Assembly: GCA_049322915.1 (NCBI GenBank)
Contig: JBMOPW010000032.1
Coordinates: forward strand, 128,001-192,000
DNA from: Candidatus Zhuqueibacterota bacterium
GTDB lineage: Bacteria > Zhuqueibacterota > Zhuqueibacteria > Thermofontimicrobiales > Thermofontimicrobiaceae
Direction of reading: 5' to 3'
Length of the DNA stretch: 64,000 bases
The notes below the pieces were generated by a model. It was not told the DNA's origin, did not search any database, and was given only the letters and a program-made list of their open reading frames with translations. This document shows, one piece after another, positions 18,695-28,850 of the stretch. The position numbers and the translations under genes are program-made. How positions within the stretch are numbered: the first letter of the stretch is position 1; the number at the start of each line of letters is the position of its first letter.

Positions 18695-18857
18695 CAGCTG
18701 CAGGGTGCCTGGACATTTATCAAAACGTGCAGCCGGGCTGTATCTCGTTTTCATGCTGCCGATCTCACACGACTGCCGATTGATCCCATCGACGTCAATT
18801 CACAGTCGTGTGAAACATGCACGGGAATCGACTCTCTTGATACAGCCCGGTTGTCAA

Positions 18858-19664
18858 TTAATGGACGAAATGAAAGAATCGCAGACAATCTAAAAAATCA
18901 TCGCTTGTATAACTGATCGTGAATTCTCCTTTTTTGACGGCGCCAGGGTACCATGCAGCGTGAGTGGCTCTGTCCTTCTTCTTGAAATCGATTTCAATCT
19001 CAAAAGGCGGAGCCACGATAAATGGCCGCATCGCTGGCAGTTGCTGGATGGCGCGTTGAACACCTTCCTGAATTTTCCGCTGCGCCAGCCGAGGATGTAT
19101 ATTGAGGCAGGCTTCTCCGATTCCCTGTTTGACTGCAACCGTTTCAATTTCCGGAATGAGTTCTCTGGCTTGTTGGCAAATGGCTTCATCGCCGGAGAGA
19201 AAGATCACAGGCACTGAATAATAGCCGGCAATGAGCGCATTCCATCCGAATTCAGGCAATGTCAGTCCATTGACGCGAAGGTCTAAAATTGCGCCGCTCA
19301 TGGTGTGAGCCAGCGTACCGTTCGACGTCATCGCTTTGGCGTGATACCCCACAAAACAAACCGCGTCGAAACTGGAGTCGAGGCCCTCCATCATGCTGAA
19401 AGGCTGGACAGACCAGGCGCGCAGCAATCGAGCGTTTTCATTCAATAAATCCGGGATGATATTGCGGGCGGTTCCGTGCGCATCCCGAACGACAATATCC
19501 GTTGCGCCCAACGCAATCGCCCCTTGAATCGCGGCATTGACCTCTTCCGTCATGATTTTTCTGAAGTATTGATAGTCTGTATGAGGGCCGGTCGTTTCGT
19601 CCCAATCAATGACTCCGGTGACGCCCTCCATATCCGCTGAGATAAAAATTTTTAATGGATCCAT
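18858..19664 (-). CDS. dppA: D-aminopeptidase, peptidase M55 family
   Basis: IFISADMEG, VRDAHG, MMEGLD, VGYH, LAHT, SGD motifs. Confidence 0.9.
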   Translation of the reverse strand: MDPLKIFISADMEGVTGVIDWDETTGPHTDYQYFRKIMTEEVNAAIQGAIALGATDIVVRDAHGTARNIIPDLLNENARLLRAWSVQPFSMMEGLDSSFDAVCFVGYHAKAMTSNGTLAHTMSGAILDLRVNGLTLPEFGWNALIAGYYSVPVIFLSGDEAICQQARELIPEIETVAVKQGIGEACLNIHPRLAQRKIQEGVQRAIQQLPAMRPFIVAPPFEIEIDFKKKDRATHAAWYPGAVKKGEFTISYTSDDFLDCLRFFHFVH

Positions 19665-19832
19665 GTGAATTCTTAAACCTTTCTGTGTTTAATAAGTTAA
19701 AAAAATGAGTTCGTTCTCAATAGACCTGATGGCGCGGGAGGAAGCGTCCTCTTCGTTGATTCGAGTAGCAGGTTGGAGATGTGCTGATTTTATCGAATAT
19801 CGACTCTTCACCCATGATAATAATTGGTCACT

Positions 19833-20000
19833 ATTCAGCCACAAAATCTCAAAGACACAAAGAAAAAGAAAGATATAAAATAGTCGATTCAGAAAAGCTG
19901 AAGTTGACATTAAAAAAAATTACAGAATGTCGGATTAAAAGATTGAATAAAAAGTTGGACACTGCTTGTAACTTCGAGACCTGGCGCCTTTGAGGCAAAA
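19833..20000. repeat. Dispersed non-coding repeat, copy B (degenerate)
   Basis: 19884-19902 matches the reverse complement of 63972-63990 at 18/19; left arm tcagccac...tctcaaag.cac resembles 5155-5180. Confidence 0.6.
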
Positions 20001-20203
20001 ATCCATGCCTGAATAGTTCCAATCATTGAGTCATAAAGATAAGAAAATTTAATAACATATCCAAGAGATAAAATTTCTATTCAGGTCACGAACACAACCT
20101 CGCCAGGAAAAAAAATGTAATATCTTTATCGGGGATAGCGTCTAAATGTTAACATTTCGAAAATGCGTCATTGACTTTGAATCAATAAAAATGGGTATTC
20201 ATT

Positions 20204-23200
20204 ATGAGATATGTACAAAGGATCCTTTCTGTTCAATCGCTGCTGATACTGCTCATGGTAAGCGTTGCATCAGGACAACAATTTGGGCGAAACAAGGTCC
20301 AATACGAAGATAAAAACTGGCAGTATATTCAGTCCGAACATTTCGATTTTTACTATTACGAAGGGGGCAGACGATTGGCTGAGTTTGCTGCCCATGTGGC
20401 TGAATCGTCCTATGTGTCCCTGAACCGAGTGTTCAATTATAAACTGACCGACCGGATTCCATTCATCATCTATCGCTCGCACAATGATTTCACCGAGACC
20501 AATACTTCCTCGGAAGTCGTGGATGAGTCTGTCGGTGGATTTACCGAGTTTTTGAAAAACAGGGTCGTTATTCCGTTCGACGGGTCGTACGAACAATTCC
20601 GTCATGTGATTCACCACGAATTGACCCACGCGGTGATGTTACAATTTCTGTACGGCGCCGGCCCTGGTTCGATCATCAAAGGCGTTTCCCGCTCAGCGCC
20701 TCCGATCTGGTTCATCGAGGGATTAGCGGAATTTACCTCGCTTGGCTGGGATGCGGAATCGGATATGTATGTGCGCGATGCAACGCAGCGAGGCTATCTG
20801 CCGCCTATCCCCTATCTCCAGGCATTCCTGGCGTACAAAGGCGGACAGGCTGTGCTGGTGTATCTGGAAGAAATGTATGGGAATCAAAAATTGGGCGAAC
20901 TGCTGCAGAGGATCAGGACGAGCCGGAATTTCGAACGCGCGTGGGAAGGCGCGGTGGGCGAAAAATTGGAGGAGTCCAACAAGAAATGGCAGCGGTATAT
21001 GCGTCAAAGATACTGGCCGGATGTGCAGGATCGAAAAGAGCCGGCTGATTATGCCCAGCCATTGACGAATCATGTCGACTGGCAGAATTTCGTCAACAAC
21101 AGTCCGGCGGTTTCTCCCAACGGGGACCGGGTTGCCTTTCTGACAGATCGCAACGGGTTCTTCGATATCTACCTGGTCTCGGCCATGGACAAGAAAAAAG
21201 TGACCAAATTGATTTCTGGTCAGAGAAAAGCCGACCTGGAAGAATTGCAGTGGCTGAGGCCCGGAATGAGCTGGTCCAATGACGGAAAGTATCTTGTATT
21301 TTCGTCCCGCACCGCCGGCGAAGATGCTCTGAATGTTCTGGATGTGAAGAAGAAAAAAATCATTGCCACACATAAATTCAATATGGATGGCGTGTTCTCG
21401 CCGGCCTGGTCGCCAGTCTCCAATGAAATCGCCTTTATCGGGGTGAGGCAGTTTCATTCTGATCTCTATATCTTCAATAGAGATTCGAATACGCTGCGTC
21501 AGATCACCCGTGATATTTACACGGATCAGGATCCGGCCTGGTCGCCAGACGGACGCACCCTGGCCTTTGTCTCGGATCGGAAGGATAGAATAAATCAGGA
21601 AGAATTATCGCCGGAAAATCGAATTGAGCGTCATGATTACCACACGGACGACATCTATTTGATAAATGCCGACGGCGCCAATTTGCGACGACTGACAGAC
21701 GTTCCCACCAATGAAACTTCACCGCTCTGGACGCAGAATGCCGACCAGATTCTTTACATTTCCGATGAAAGCGGAATCTCCAATATCTATTCTCACAATC
21801 TGGTGACCGGAGAGAAACGCGCACTGACAAACCTGATGACCGGCTGCGCCCAACTCTCCGCCGGATTGAAGAGTGATCGGCTGGTTTTCACTGCATTTGC
21901 CAATGGCGGCTATGACATTTTTATCTGGCCGGATCCATTCTTCAACGTAGAGGAAAGGTCGGAACCGAAACTGACAGCGTACGCGAAGCAGCGCATTTCA
22001 GGCCAGCAGTATCTCGATCTCACGCTTGAAAAAGAAGAAGCGGATAAAGTTACCGAGACTGTGAAACGGGGACAGGATTTTTCAAACTACATTTTCGGCA
22101 GCAGTTTCAAACAGGGCAATATCAATCTGGCTCAAAACAGGTACAAAAATTCCATGCTGGACTCGGCGGACTTTCGCGAGGAGAGCGGCGATTTTCGGAC
22201 AAACGATTATCGCATCAAATTTACCGTCGATTATCTGGGTGCGAATTTCGGCTATGACCCGATCTATGGAATTTATGGGTTGACCCAGATGTATTTGAGC
22301 GATGTGCTTGGCAATCACCAGATTCAAATCGGCGCTGATGTCGCGCAGACGTTGGAGAACAGCGATTTCCTCCTGAGCTATCAATACCTGAAACGAAGGA
22401 TGGATTTTTCGCTGACCGGATTCCAGTTCGTGAGCTATTATGCAACCACGTACGGAACGGTTCGATTTGCCTATCGCGGTTTGGCGCTGAACACGTCCTA
22501 TCCTCTGTCACGGTTTCAGCGTATCGATGGCGGGTTGCGATATTTCAACATTGCCGAAGAAAATTTGTCGTACAATTTCATCACATCGGAGAAGATACCG
22601 GTCCTGATGCCGATGCTCTCCTACACATCGGACAACTCCATCTGGGGCTATACAGGGCCCATCCGGGGCGGTCGGAGTTACATTGGATTGACGGCCAGCC
22701 CAAAAATCGGAAATCAGGGGAAGGAGTTTGTGACCGGCGCGTTTGATATCCGGAAATATTTCAGCATCAAGCCGGATTATTCGTTTGCCTTTCGAATTTC
22801 CGGCGGGGCAAGCTTTGGCAAAAATCCAAATTTATTCATTTTAGGCGGTACGGAAAACTGGCTCAATTATCGCTTCTACGAAAACATTCAGTTCAGTTCC
22901 ATCAGCGATTATTTTCTGTCCGATCTGGTGATGCCTCTGCGGGGCGCTGCATTGTACGAAATGGTTGGCTCCCGGGCTGCGCTGTTCAATGCCGAATTCC
23001 GATTCCCGCTGATCCAGTACCTGATTGCTCGGTTCCCCCTGCCATTGGCGTTTCAAAATATTCAGGGCGTGGCGTTCCTTGACGCCGGTTCTGCCTGGGA
23101 AAATGACGCCGCATGGCGCTTCACTGCAACGAAGGAGGATGGCAGCCGCTATGTCAGAGACATTGTCACCGGATTCGGGTACGGCATTCGAATGAATTTG

Positions 23201-23296
23201 TATTACTTCATCCTGAAGTTCGATGCTGCCTGGCGCACTGATTTCGACGGGGTGAGCAAGCCGCTGTATTATTATTCGATAGGCCTTGATTTTTAA
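20204..23296 (+). CDS. Outer-membrane protein: zinc-peptidase-like domain, TolB/PD40 propeller and Omp85 (BamA/TamA) barrel
   Basis: FGRNKVQY; HELTH...WFIEGLAE; repeated PAWSPDG; PLRG, NAEFRFPL, FLDAGSAW, GFGYGIR; terminal Phe. Confidence 0.85.
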   Translation: MRYVQRILSVQSLLILLMVSVASGQQFGRNKVQYEDKNWQYIQSEHFDFYYYEGGRRLAEFAAHVAESSYVSLNRVFNYKLTDRIPFIIYRSHNDFTETNTSSEVVDESVGGFTEFLKNRVVIPFDGSYEQFRHVIHHELTHAVMLQFLYGAGPGSIIKGVSRSAPPIWFIEGLAEFTSLGWDAESDMYVRDATQRGYLPPIPYLQAFLAYKGGQAVLVYLEEMYGNQKLGELLQRIRTSRNFERAWEGAVGEKLEESNKKWQRYMRQRYWPDVQDRKEPADYAQPLTNHVDWQNFVNNSPAVSPNGDRVAFLTDRNGFFDIYLVSAMDKKKVTKLISGQRKADLEELQWLRPGMSWSNDGKYLVFSSRTAGEDALNVLDVKKKKIIATHKFNMDGVFSPAWSPVSNEIAFIGVRQFHSDLYIFNRDSNTLRQITRDIYTDQDPAWSPDGRTLAFVSDRKDRINQEELSPENRIERHDYHTDDIYLINADGANLRRLTDVPTNETSPLWTQNADQILYISDESGISNIYSHNLVTGEKRALTNLMTGCAQLSAGLKSDRLVFTAFANGGYDIFIWPDPFFNVEERSEPKLTAYAKQRISGQQYLDLTLEKEEADKVTETVKRGQDFSNYIFGSSFKQGNINLAQNRYKNSMLDSADFREESGDFRTNDYRIKFTVDYLGANFGYDPIYGIYGLTQMYLSDVLGNHQIQIGADVAQTLENSDFLLSYQYLKRRMDFSLTGFQFVSYYATTYGTVRFAYRGLALNTSYPLSRFQRIDGGLRYFNIAEENLSYNFITSEKIPVLMPMLSYTSDNSIWGYTGPIRGGRSYIGLTASPKIGNQGKEFVTGAFDIRKYFSIKPDYSFAFRISGGASFGKNPNLFILGGTENWLNYRFYENIQFSSISDYFLSDLVMPLRGAALYEMVGSRAALFNAEFRFPLIQYLIARFPLPLAFQNIQGVAFLDAGSAWENDAAWRFTATKEDGSRYVRDIVTGFGYGIRMNLYYFILKFDAAWRTDFDGVSKPLYYYSIGLDF

Positions 23297-23469
23297 AATG
23301 AAAGCAGGGAACAGTTACGGAGGCCAGTCAGGCCCAATCGACACCGGCGCTTGCCGGGCGCCTCATCTTTGTGGATGCCGGTTTGTGTTCCCCGGCTGAA
23401 TGAAAAACGCTGGAATGGATTGAAACAATCGCTATCAACAATGGAGTGAAATCAGAATTTGAGGTTTGT

Positions 23470-24726
23470 ATGAGATCGATATATCATTTATTTTTCTTAT
23501 GGATAGCACTCGTGAGTACAGCAACCGGGGCAATCGCGCAAACAGATAATGAAAGAGATCTGCCCCTGTTTAACTATGATATTGCGGTATTTCCCGGCGC
23601 GAACCAGGAGTTGGCAGAGTTTGAGCTGTTTGTGTGGGTGCGGAATACTGATTTACAGTTCATCAAAAAGGAAACCAGCTACGACGCCCGCTATCAGCTC
23701 AATACCAGCGTCTATGATAAAAATGGCGTTTCAATTTTCACCCAGGACAAAACGTACGAGGTTACCGAAGAGCTGTTCTCTTCGACCATCGACCCGGGCA
23801 TTAAACGGCCGCATGTATTCCGGGATGCGGTCCCGCCGGGCGAATACGTCGTGTCCATTCGGCTGTACGATTTGAATACCAATAAAAGCAGACATGCAGA
23901 GCAGTCCAAAACAGTGAAATTATTCGAGCCGGAGAAGCTCAACGTGAGCGATGTTCTGATATTGAACTCGTCGCAGATCGATTCTATTGATCTGAACAAT
24001 GTGATCCCGCCGCGCCATGTCCCGATTCAGGATCGGATATTTCTCTACGCTGAAATTGTGAATCCGGTCCAGGCTGATACATTTGATGTGGAAGCCACCC
24101 TGCAAACCGATGGTCAGATCAGCACATTCAATTTCTCAAAAAAAATGAAATTAATTGCCGACCGCCGGAAATTGCTGCTGGAAGTTTTGAAAGAAAATAT
24201 GCGGCAGGGAAGAAATTTATTCACTTTAAAAATCAACACCGGGAATCAGTCTATCTCCATACAAAAGGCAATTCGTTTTGTGACTGATGAGATGTCGTTC
24301 AGTTATGATTCAGTGGATGACATGGTCGGACCGCTATCCTATGTGGCCGATGGCGATGAATGGAAGCAATTGAAAAATGCGCAGGGCGCGAAGCGGGATA
24401 GCCTGTTTCAACAATTCTGGGATAAACGCAATCCCAATCCCGGGGCTCAGGACAATCCGTTGTATGACGAATTTTATAAACGGGTGCGGGTTGCCAATAA
24501 AAGCTTCACCAAGATGAAACGCGCCGGCTGGGTATCGGATCGCGGCCGCGTATACATTGTCTACGGCGCGCCCGATCGGATCAGTCGCAATGACCAGCAG
24601 GTTTATTCCCAGACTGTGTATGAAATCTGGTATTACGACACTCATCGCCTGGAATTTGTATTTGAAGACCGCTATGGTTTTGGCGATTACAAACTCGTCT
24701 CGGGAAATTTGAATCCATATTATTGA
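23470..24726 (+). CDS. GWxTD domain-containing exported protein
   Basis: Signal peptide; FWDKRNPNP...EFYKRVRVAN...GWVSDRGRVYIVYGAP...YEIWYY. Confidence 0.85.
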   Translation: MRSIYHLFFLWIALVSTATGAIAQTDNERDLPLFNYDIAVFPGANQELAEFELFVWVRNTDLQFIKKETSYDARYQLNTSVYDKNGVSIFTQDKTYEVTEELFSSTIDPGIKRPHVFRDAVPPGEYVVSIRLYDLNTNKSRHAEQSKTVKLFEPEKLNVSDVLILNSSQIDSIDLNNVIPPRHVPIQDRIFLYAEIVNPVQADTFDVEATLQTDGQISTFNFSKKMKLIADRRKLLLEVLKENMRQGRNLFTLKINTGNQSISIQKAIRFVTDEMSFSYDSVDDMVGPLSYVADGDEWKQLKNAQGAKRDSLFQQFWDKRNPNPGAQDNPLYDEFYKRVRVANKSFTKMKRAGWVSDRGRVYIVYGAPDRISRNDQQVYSQTVYEIWYYDTHRLEFVFEDRYGFGDYKLVSGNLNPYY

Positions 24727-24846
24727 TGTCCAGATGATCTGTGACTGCCCACGTGGCTCGGTCCGCTGGTGATGCAGGACAGGGAAAGCAACGGCATCGA
24801 TACGATTCGGTGAAGAATCAGTGGTTGCAGGGATTGGATGAAAGGT

Positions 24847-24895
24847 AAACCCCTGGCGTCGTTATTTTCGAAAGTGACGCGCAGGGGTTTTTTTT
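24847..24895 (+). terminator. Terminator between convergent genes
   Basis: aaacccctg-gcgtc...gacgc-gcaggggttt followed by T-run. Confidence 0.7.
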
Positions 24896-25002
24896 ATAGG
24901 CCGAATCGTTGTCGGGCTGACTGAAAAACGCATCGCCCCCGCATGAATTTTGAATGAAGGAGCCGCCGGCAAATTTGAAGGCAATCGGCCGGCGAGCGTT
25001 GC

Positions 25003-25401
25003 TCAAAAAAATGCCGTTTTAAATTCTTCATCCACAGGCATTGGCTTACCCTCTCTGCTGATGAAGACGGCCGCCAATTGTGCGGATGCAATTTTTTTCT
25101 TCGTTTTCACGTTGAAAATTTCCTGAATAAATTTAATGCTGGTTCGGCCAGCTTCTGTTCCCTCTAACGTGACTTCCAGTTCGTCCCCTAAAAATGCCGG
25201 AGCCAGATATTTAATATTGACTTCAACGATCACGACAAATTTGCCGCTTTTGATGAAGCTCTCGAATGGCAATCCGATCTGCTCCAGCGATGCCACCCGG
25301 CAATACTCCATATAATTGAGATAAACAGCGTAATTCACATGCCCCTGCGCGTCGATTTCGTAAGAGCGGACTTTGAGCGTTTGGCTATATTTTTTCATCA
25401 T
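25003..25401 (-). CDS. Acyl-CoA thioesterase (YbgC/4HBT hot-dog family)
   Basis: VRSYEIDAQGHVNYAVYLNYME; KYLAPAFLGD. Confidence 0.88.
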   Translation of the reverse strand: MMKKYSQTLKVRSYEIDAQGHVNYAVYLNYMEYCRVASLEQIGLPFESFIKSGKFVVIVEVNIKYLAPAFLGDELEVTLEGTEAGRTSIKFIQEIFNVKTKKKIASAQLAAVFISREGKPMPVDEEFKTAFF

Positions 25402-25430
25402 GCCTCGAGTTAAAATTAGTCAGATAGAAT

Positions 25431-27494
25431 TCAGGAAGTATGTCTGGTCAGTTCCAAAACTGTCCCGTCTTTCTTGTTCAGATTTAAAATGATCATTGGC
25501 TCAGCCGAGAAGGCGACTTGTTCTGAAGCCTCCTGGAATGGGTTTTGAATGGCCCAATTTTTCCCTGAAAATAGCGAGGCCGCGAGTGAGATCCTGGCGG
25601 ATTTCTGTTCATTGCCATTGTTCACCGCGATGAGGACATACTCGTTTTCGTCGCGTTGAAACAAGGCCGCGTGAACATCGTCTGTCATTGCGCGACACAT
25701 TATCGGCGCCTTCAGCCAGCGATGGAGCGCGGCAATGATTTCCGCTGTTGCGGAACAGCCTAAAAATATCAGAGCGCCTTTTTCCAGCACCTGCCGATAG
25801 CCGATGATAAATTTTTTCCCGAGTTCGAGATTCTCATGAAGTTCATTCTCTTCAGCAAGGAAATGAGAATGGCCGGCAGGAGACTGCGTTGCATAAATGG
25901 CTTCGCCGGGGACATCCCTGAAAATGGACACAGCGTCATGGATGAATAGGTGCTCTTCGCCCAGGGTTAACTGAAAATCTTTCGTGGGCGTGGAACCGTC
26001 CGGCTTTGGAAACCGGAGAATCGAACAGGGGAGCATTGTTTCATCGAGCCAGGGAAATGTGTTGAAGAAAACGGCGTTTCCACCTTCTGTGACAAAGCGG
26101 ACCAGCCTTTCCTGCCGTTCCTGACTCATCCATTCCGGCCCGCAGTAAAATAGCAGTTCGGTGGTCTCGTCACCCTTCATTATGTCGTAGCTCCGGAATG
26201 AGATGCCGGATTTATAAACGGCTCTGGCAACCATGTTTTTCCCGCCCATTTGTTCGGAGAAGAAATGGCTCTCGTCCTCTGTGATCGCTGTTCGGGACAG
26301 TTTATTCAGTTCCGCTGGCCTGATATGCTTAAAAACCTCAACGATTTTTTTTAGCGGATCAAAGAGCTCGAATCGTTTGTATCCCCGCGCATTGATGGGA
26401 GAGAAATACCAGTTATCCCGCTCCACGACCATGTACCAATTCCAGCCGACAACACCGGCGATCAACGCTGTCAGACAGGTGAGACGGTAGTGATTGGGAG
26501 AAAGACTGCCGGTGTGGTAACTGTAATTATGCCAGATTCCGCATTCAAATTCGGGAATATAGGGAAGCCGGGTCACAGCGCTGGCATAGCTGAGATTTCT
26601 GAAAAATGAAAGGTGCTCATCCTCGGACTCGTGGAATTCATTGCTGGGATACAGATCAACGCCCACCAGTGGAAATTCCTGGTCCATCTCCCTGAGATTC
26701 TGGCTGATGCAGTTCAAAATAGTGTTCAGATAAATGGGGATATCCACACCTGCCGCGCGATAGGTTTCAACCGCCCAGCGCGCGATTTTTTTAGCGCACC
26801 AGAATTGAAACTCCTGAAAATCAATGGCGCGAATTTTTTCCGAAGGATCGTTTCGCCTGACTCTGATCGTTCCCATTGCTTCAGAGAACTGGCTCAGCGA
26901 GCCGTGCCACGCCTGGTTTAGCGCGTCAATAGACGTATATTTTTCCTGCAAAAAATCCTGAAACAGACCGGCCCCGCCGTACACACCTAACTGCTCGCCG
27001 TAATTTCGGACAAACGGATCGATCTCATTGTCCGCCTGCAGGAGAATAATGGGCCCGCCGGATGTGAATAAAAATGGGAGAATGGCCTGCGTTAACTGTC
27101 GAATGTACTCTCCCGCTGCGTCCAAAAATTTCGGATGCAGCCGATGAAACGGCGCGATTCTCGCCGGCACGCCAGCCTGAGGCCACTCCGAATAAATATA
27201 GGGACCGGGCCGGAGAATCACTTTGAAATCCATCTTGTGACAAAGTGAGAGAAATTCAACCAAATTCCGCTCTGGTAAAGTAGCGCCGTTGAAGTCACAG
27301 GTGTCTTCTTCATGCTCATGGAAGTCCCAGCAGACATAAGTGGCAATAATGTCCAGCCCCATTTCACGAATTCGATGGAGACATTTTTCCCAGTAGTATG
27401 GCTGCAATCGCCAGTAGTGCATTTCGCCGCTGATTAAAGGGAGAGACTCGCTTCCGATGAGAAGATTATTTTTATGAAGCGCTATTTTTGTCAT
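25431..27494 (-). CDS. Glycoside hydrolase family 35 (beta-galactosidase-like), cytoplasmic
   Basis: SGEMHYWR, TYVCWDFHE, ILRPGPYIYSEW, GGPIILLQADNE, IPEFECG; start ATG 27494; no signal peptide. Confidence 0.85.
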   Translation of the reverse strand: MTKIALHKNNLLIGSESLPLISGEMHYWRLQPYYWEKCLHRIREMGLDIIATYVCWDFHEHEEDTCDFNGATLPERNLVEFLSLCHKMDFKVILRPGPYIYSEWPQAGVPARIAPFHRLHPKFLDAAGEYIRQLTQAILPFLFTSGGPIILLQADNEIDPFVRNYGEQLGVYGGAGLFQDFLQEKYTSIDALNQAWHGSLSQFSEAMGTIRVRRNDPSEKIRAIDFQEFQFWCAKKIARWAVETYRAAGVDIPIYLNTILNCISQNLREMDQEFPLVGVDLYPSNEFHESEDEHLSFFRNLSYASAVTRLPYIPEFECGIWHNYSYHTGSLSPNHYRLTCLTALIAGVVGWNWYMVVERDNWYFSPINARGYKRFELFDPLKKIVEVFKHIRPAELNKLSRTAITEDESHFFSEQMGGKNMVARAVYKSGISFRSYDIMKGDETTELLFYCGPEWMSQERQERLVRFVTEGGNAVFFNTFPWLDETMLPCSILRFPKPDGSTPTKDFQLTLGEEHLFIHDAVSIFRDVPGEAIYATQSPAGHSHFLAEENELHENLELGKKFIIGYRQVLEKGALIFLGCSATAEIIAALHRWLKAPIMCRAMTDDVHAALFQRDENEYVLIAVNNGNEQKSARISLAASLFSGKNWAIQNPFQEASEQVAFSAEPMIILNLNKKDGTVLELTRHTS

Positions 27495-27539
27495 TGTATT
27501 TGCCCTGTGTTGTATGAAGTCAATTTTTTGAATGGGGAT

Positions 27540-27568
27540 AATATAACTCGAAAGCCCGGCAATGTCAA
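27540..27568 (-). promoter_or_regulatory. Sigma70-type promoter for the GH35-thioesterase operon
   Basis: Minus strand TTGACA-17-TATATT. Confidence 0.65.
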
Positions 27569-27830
27569 TGAAAATATAATCCGGGAAGAAAGCTGATTGA
27601 TGATGGATCAACTTACATGAATGTAATCTTGAGTTAAAAATGAAACACACGCTGAACCGACTTTCGGCATTTAGCCTGGAACGCTGTGTTGCTGCATGGG
27701 CGGTTTCTTGGCTGAAGGGTGAATTCGTTCATGGTATGAGAATTGCAAAAGGCAGAGGGTAATGTTGCGAACGATTGTTTCTCATCCTGGAAATTCTATA
27801 ATCATAGCACTGCATCGTGGAGGTACATCA

Positions 27831-28265
27831 ATGTTCAAATTCTTGTTCAAACTTTTTGTCGGCTGGCTGGCGCTGCAGTCAGTGCTCGGATATCTTCGCC
27901 GGGAAGAAATTATCTATGGGTCCATTGAAATCAATTATGCCGCATTGCAGCGGAAAATTATTGAGGTCATTCCGACGGAAGAGATTTCGGAAGCGATCAT
28001 TCATGCTGCGACTAACAAAATGAGAGATACATTCAAGTCTAAACAGGGATATTCTATTGATTCGGGTGATAATGATGAACGCCGCAACAGCTACTTTAAG
28101 GAAGTCGTCCATGTCGTCCATCGCGGTGAGACGTTGTACGACCTGTCAGAACGATATGGAGTTTCCTGGAAGGTCATCAAAAAGATTAACAGGCTCGAAA
28201 ATATGAATCAGCTCTGGGTCGGCCAGAAGCTTAGAATCCCGACCCGACTGGCGAGCCTCACCTGA
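27831..28265 (+). CDS. LysM domain protein with N-terminal hydrophobic anchor
   Basis: HVVHRGETLYDLSERYGV...INRL...LWVGQKLRIP; GGAGG RBS before ATG 27831. Confidence 0.85.
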   Translation: MFKFLFKLFVGWLALQSVLGYLRREEIIYGSIEINYAALQRKIIEVIPTEEISEAIIHAATNKMRDTFKSKQGYSIDSGDNDERRNSYFKEVVHVVHRGETLYDLSERYGVSWKVIKKINRLENMNQLWVGQKLRIPTRLASLT

Positions 28266-28315
28266 TTTCCATTGGAAAATATTAACTCTGTTTGAATTTA
28301 TTGCATTATAAAATA

Positions 28316-28466
28316 AGCGGACAGCGTACAGCGATCAGCGTTCAGCTAAAGGAATAACAGTGCGTTATTTACAAGCACTGAAATCACCTGAAAGATGAAA
28401 AAGCGTGCCAAGCCTATCTGATTGAATTTTTCAGAACTGATGGTTGAGAGCAGACAGCTAATCGCT
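28316..28466. repeat. Inverted array of degenerate heptamers (AGCGNNC-type) around a spacer of about 87 bp
   Basis: agcggac agcgtac agcgatc agcgttc agct ... aactgat ggttgag agcagac agctaat cgct. Confidence 0.65.
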
Positions 28467-28788
28467 CAGTTTAGGTGCATATCAAGTGAGTCGAAAGATA
28501 ACTTCCCAACACATGCTTATGAGCAGCAATCCTGAGTTCATTGCCGCTGATGTTTCATTCCCGGTTACCTCTTCAGAAAATTACTAAAAAATAATTTCAT
28601 GGATCACGACTTGCCCGGTAAAATGTGGTTCAACGCTCCAGGGCTTTCGCTAAATGGGCTCGAAATAGTATGCCCATACCGGCCAGACGAAATCTGTTTC
28701 TTTGCTCAGTCAATGCAGATCAGGGCGTTATCGGGTACGCACGAAAGTGATTATTATTTTTAAATTACCTGGTGAGGCAATTTTTATC

Positions 28789-28817
28789 TTGATTTTCAAA
28801 GTTTTAAACTGTATATT
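28789..28817 (+). promoter_or_regulatory. Sigma70-type promoter for parAB
   Basis: TTGATT-17-TATATT upstream of the GGAGG RBS. Confidence 0.55.
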
Positions 28818-28850
28818 TATTTCAATTTTCTTGATTAACTGGAGGGTTTA

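Noticed and set aside
19689..19993. Short ORFs on both strands between dppA and the Omp85 gene
   Set aside because: They overlap the non-coding repeat and have no convincing RBS or motifs
27495..27650. Extended N-terminus of the GH35 ORF
   Set aside because: Contains the predicted promoter; homology begins at MTKIAL (27494)
28395..28410. Sigma54-like TGGCACGCTTTTTCAT on the minus strand
   Set aside because: Lacks the -12 GC and has no plausible downstream gene on that strand
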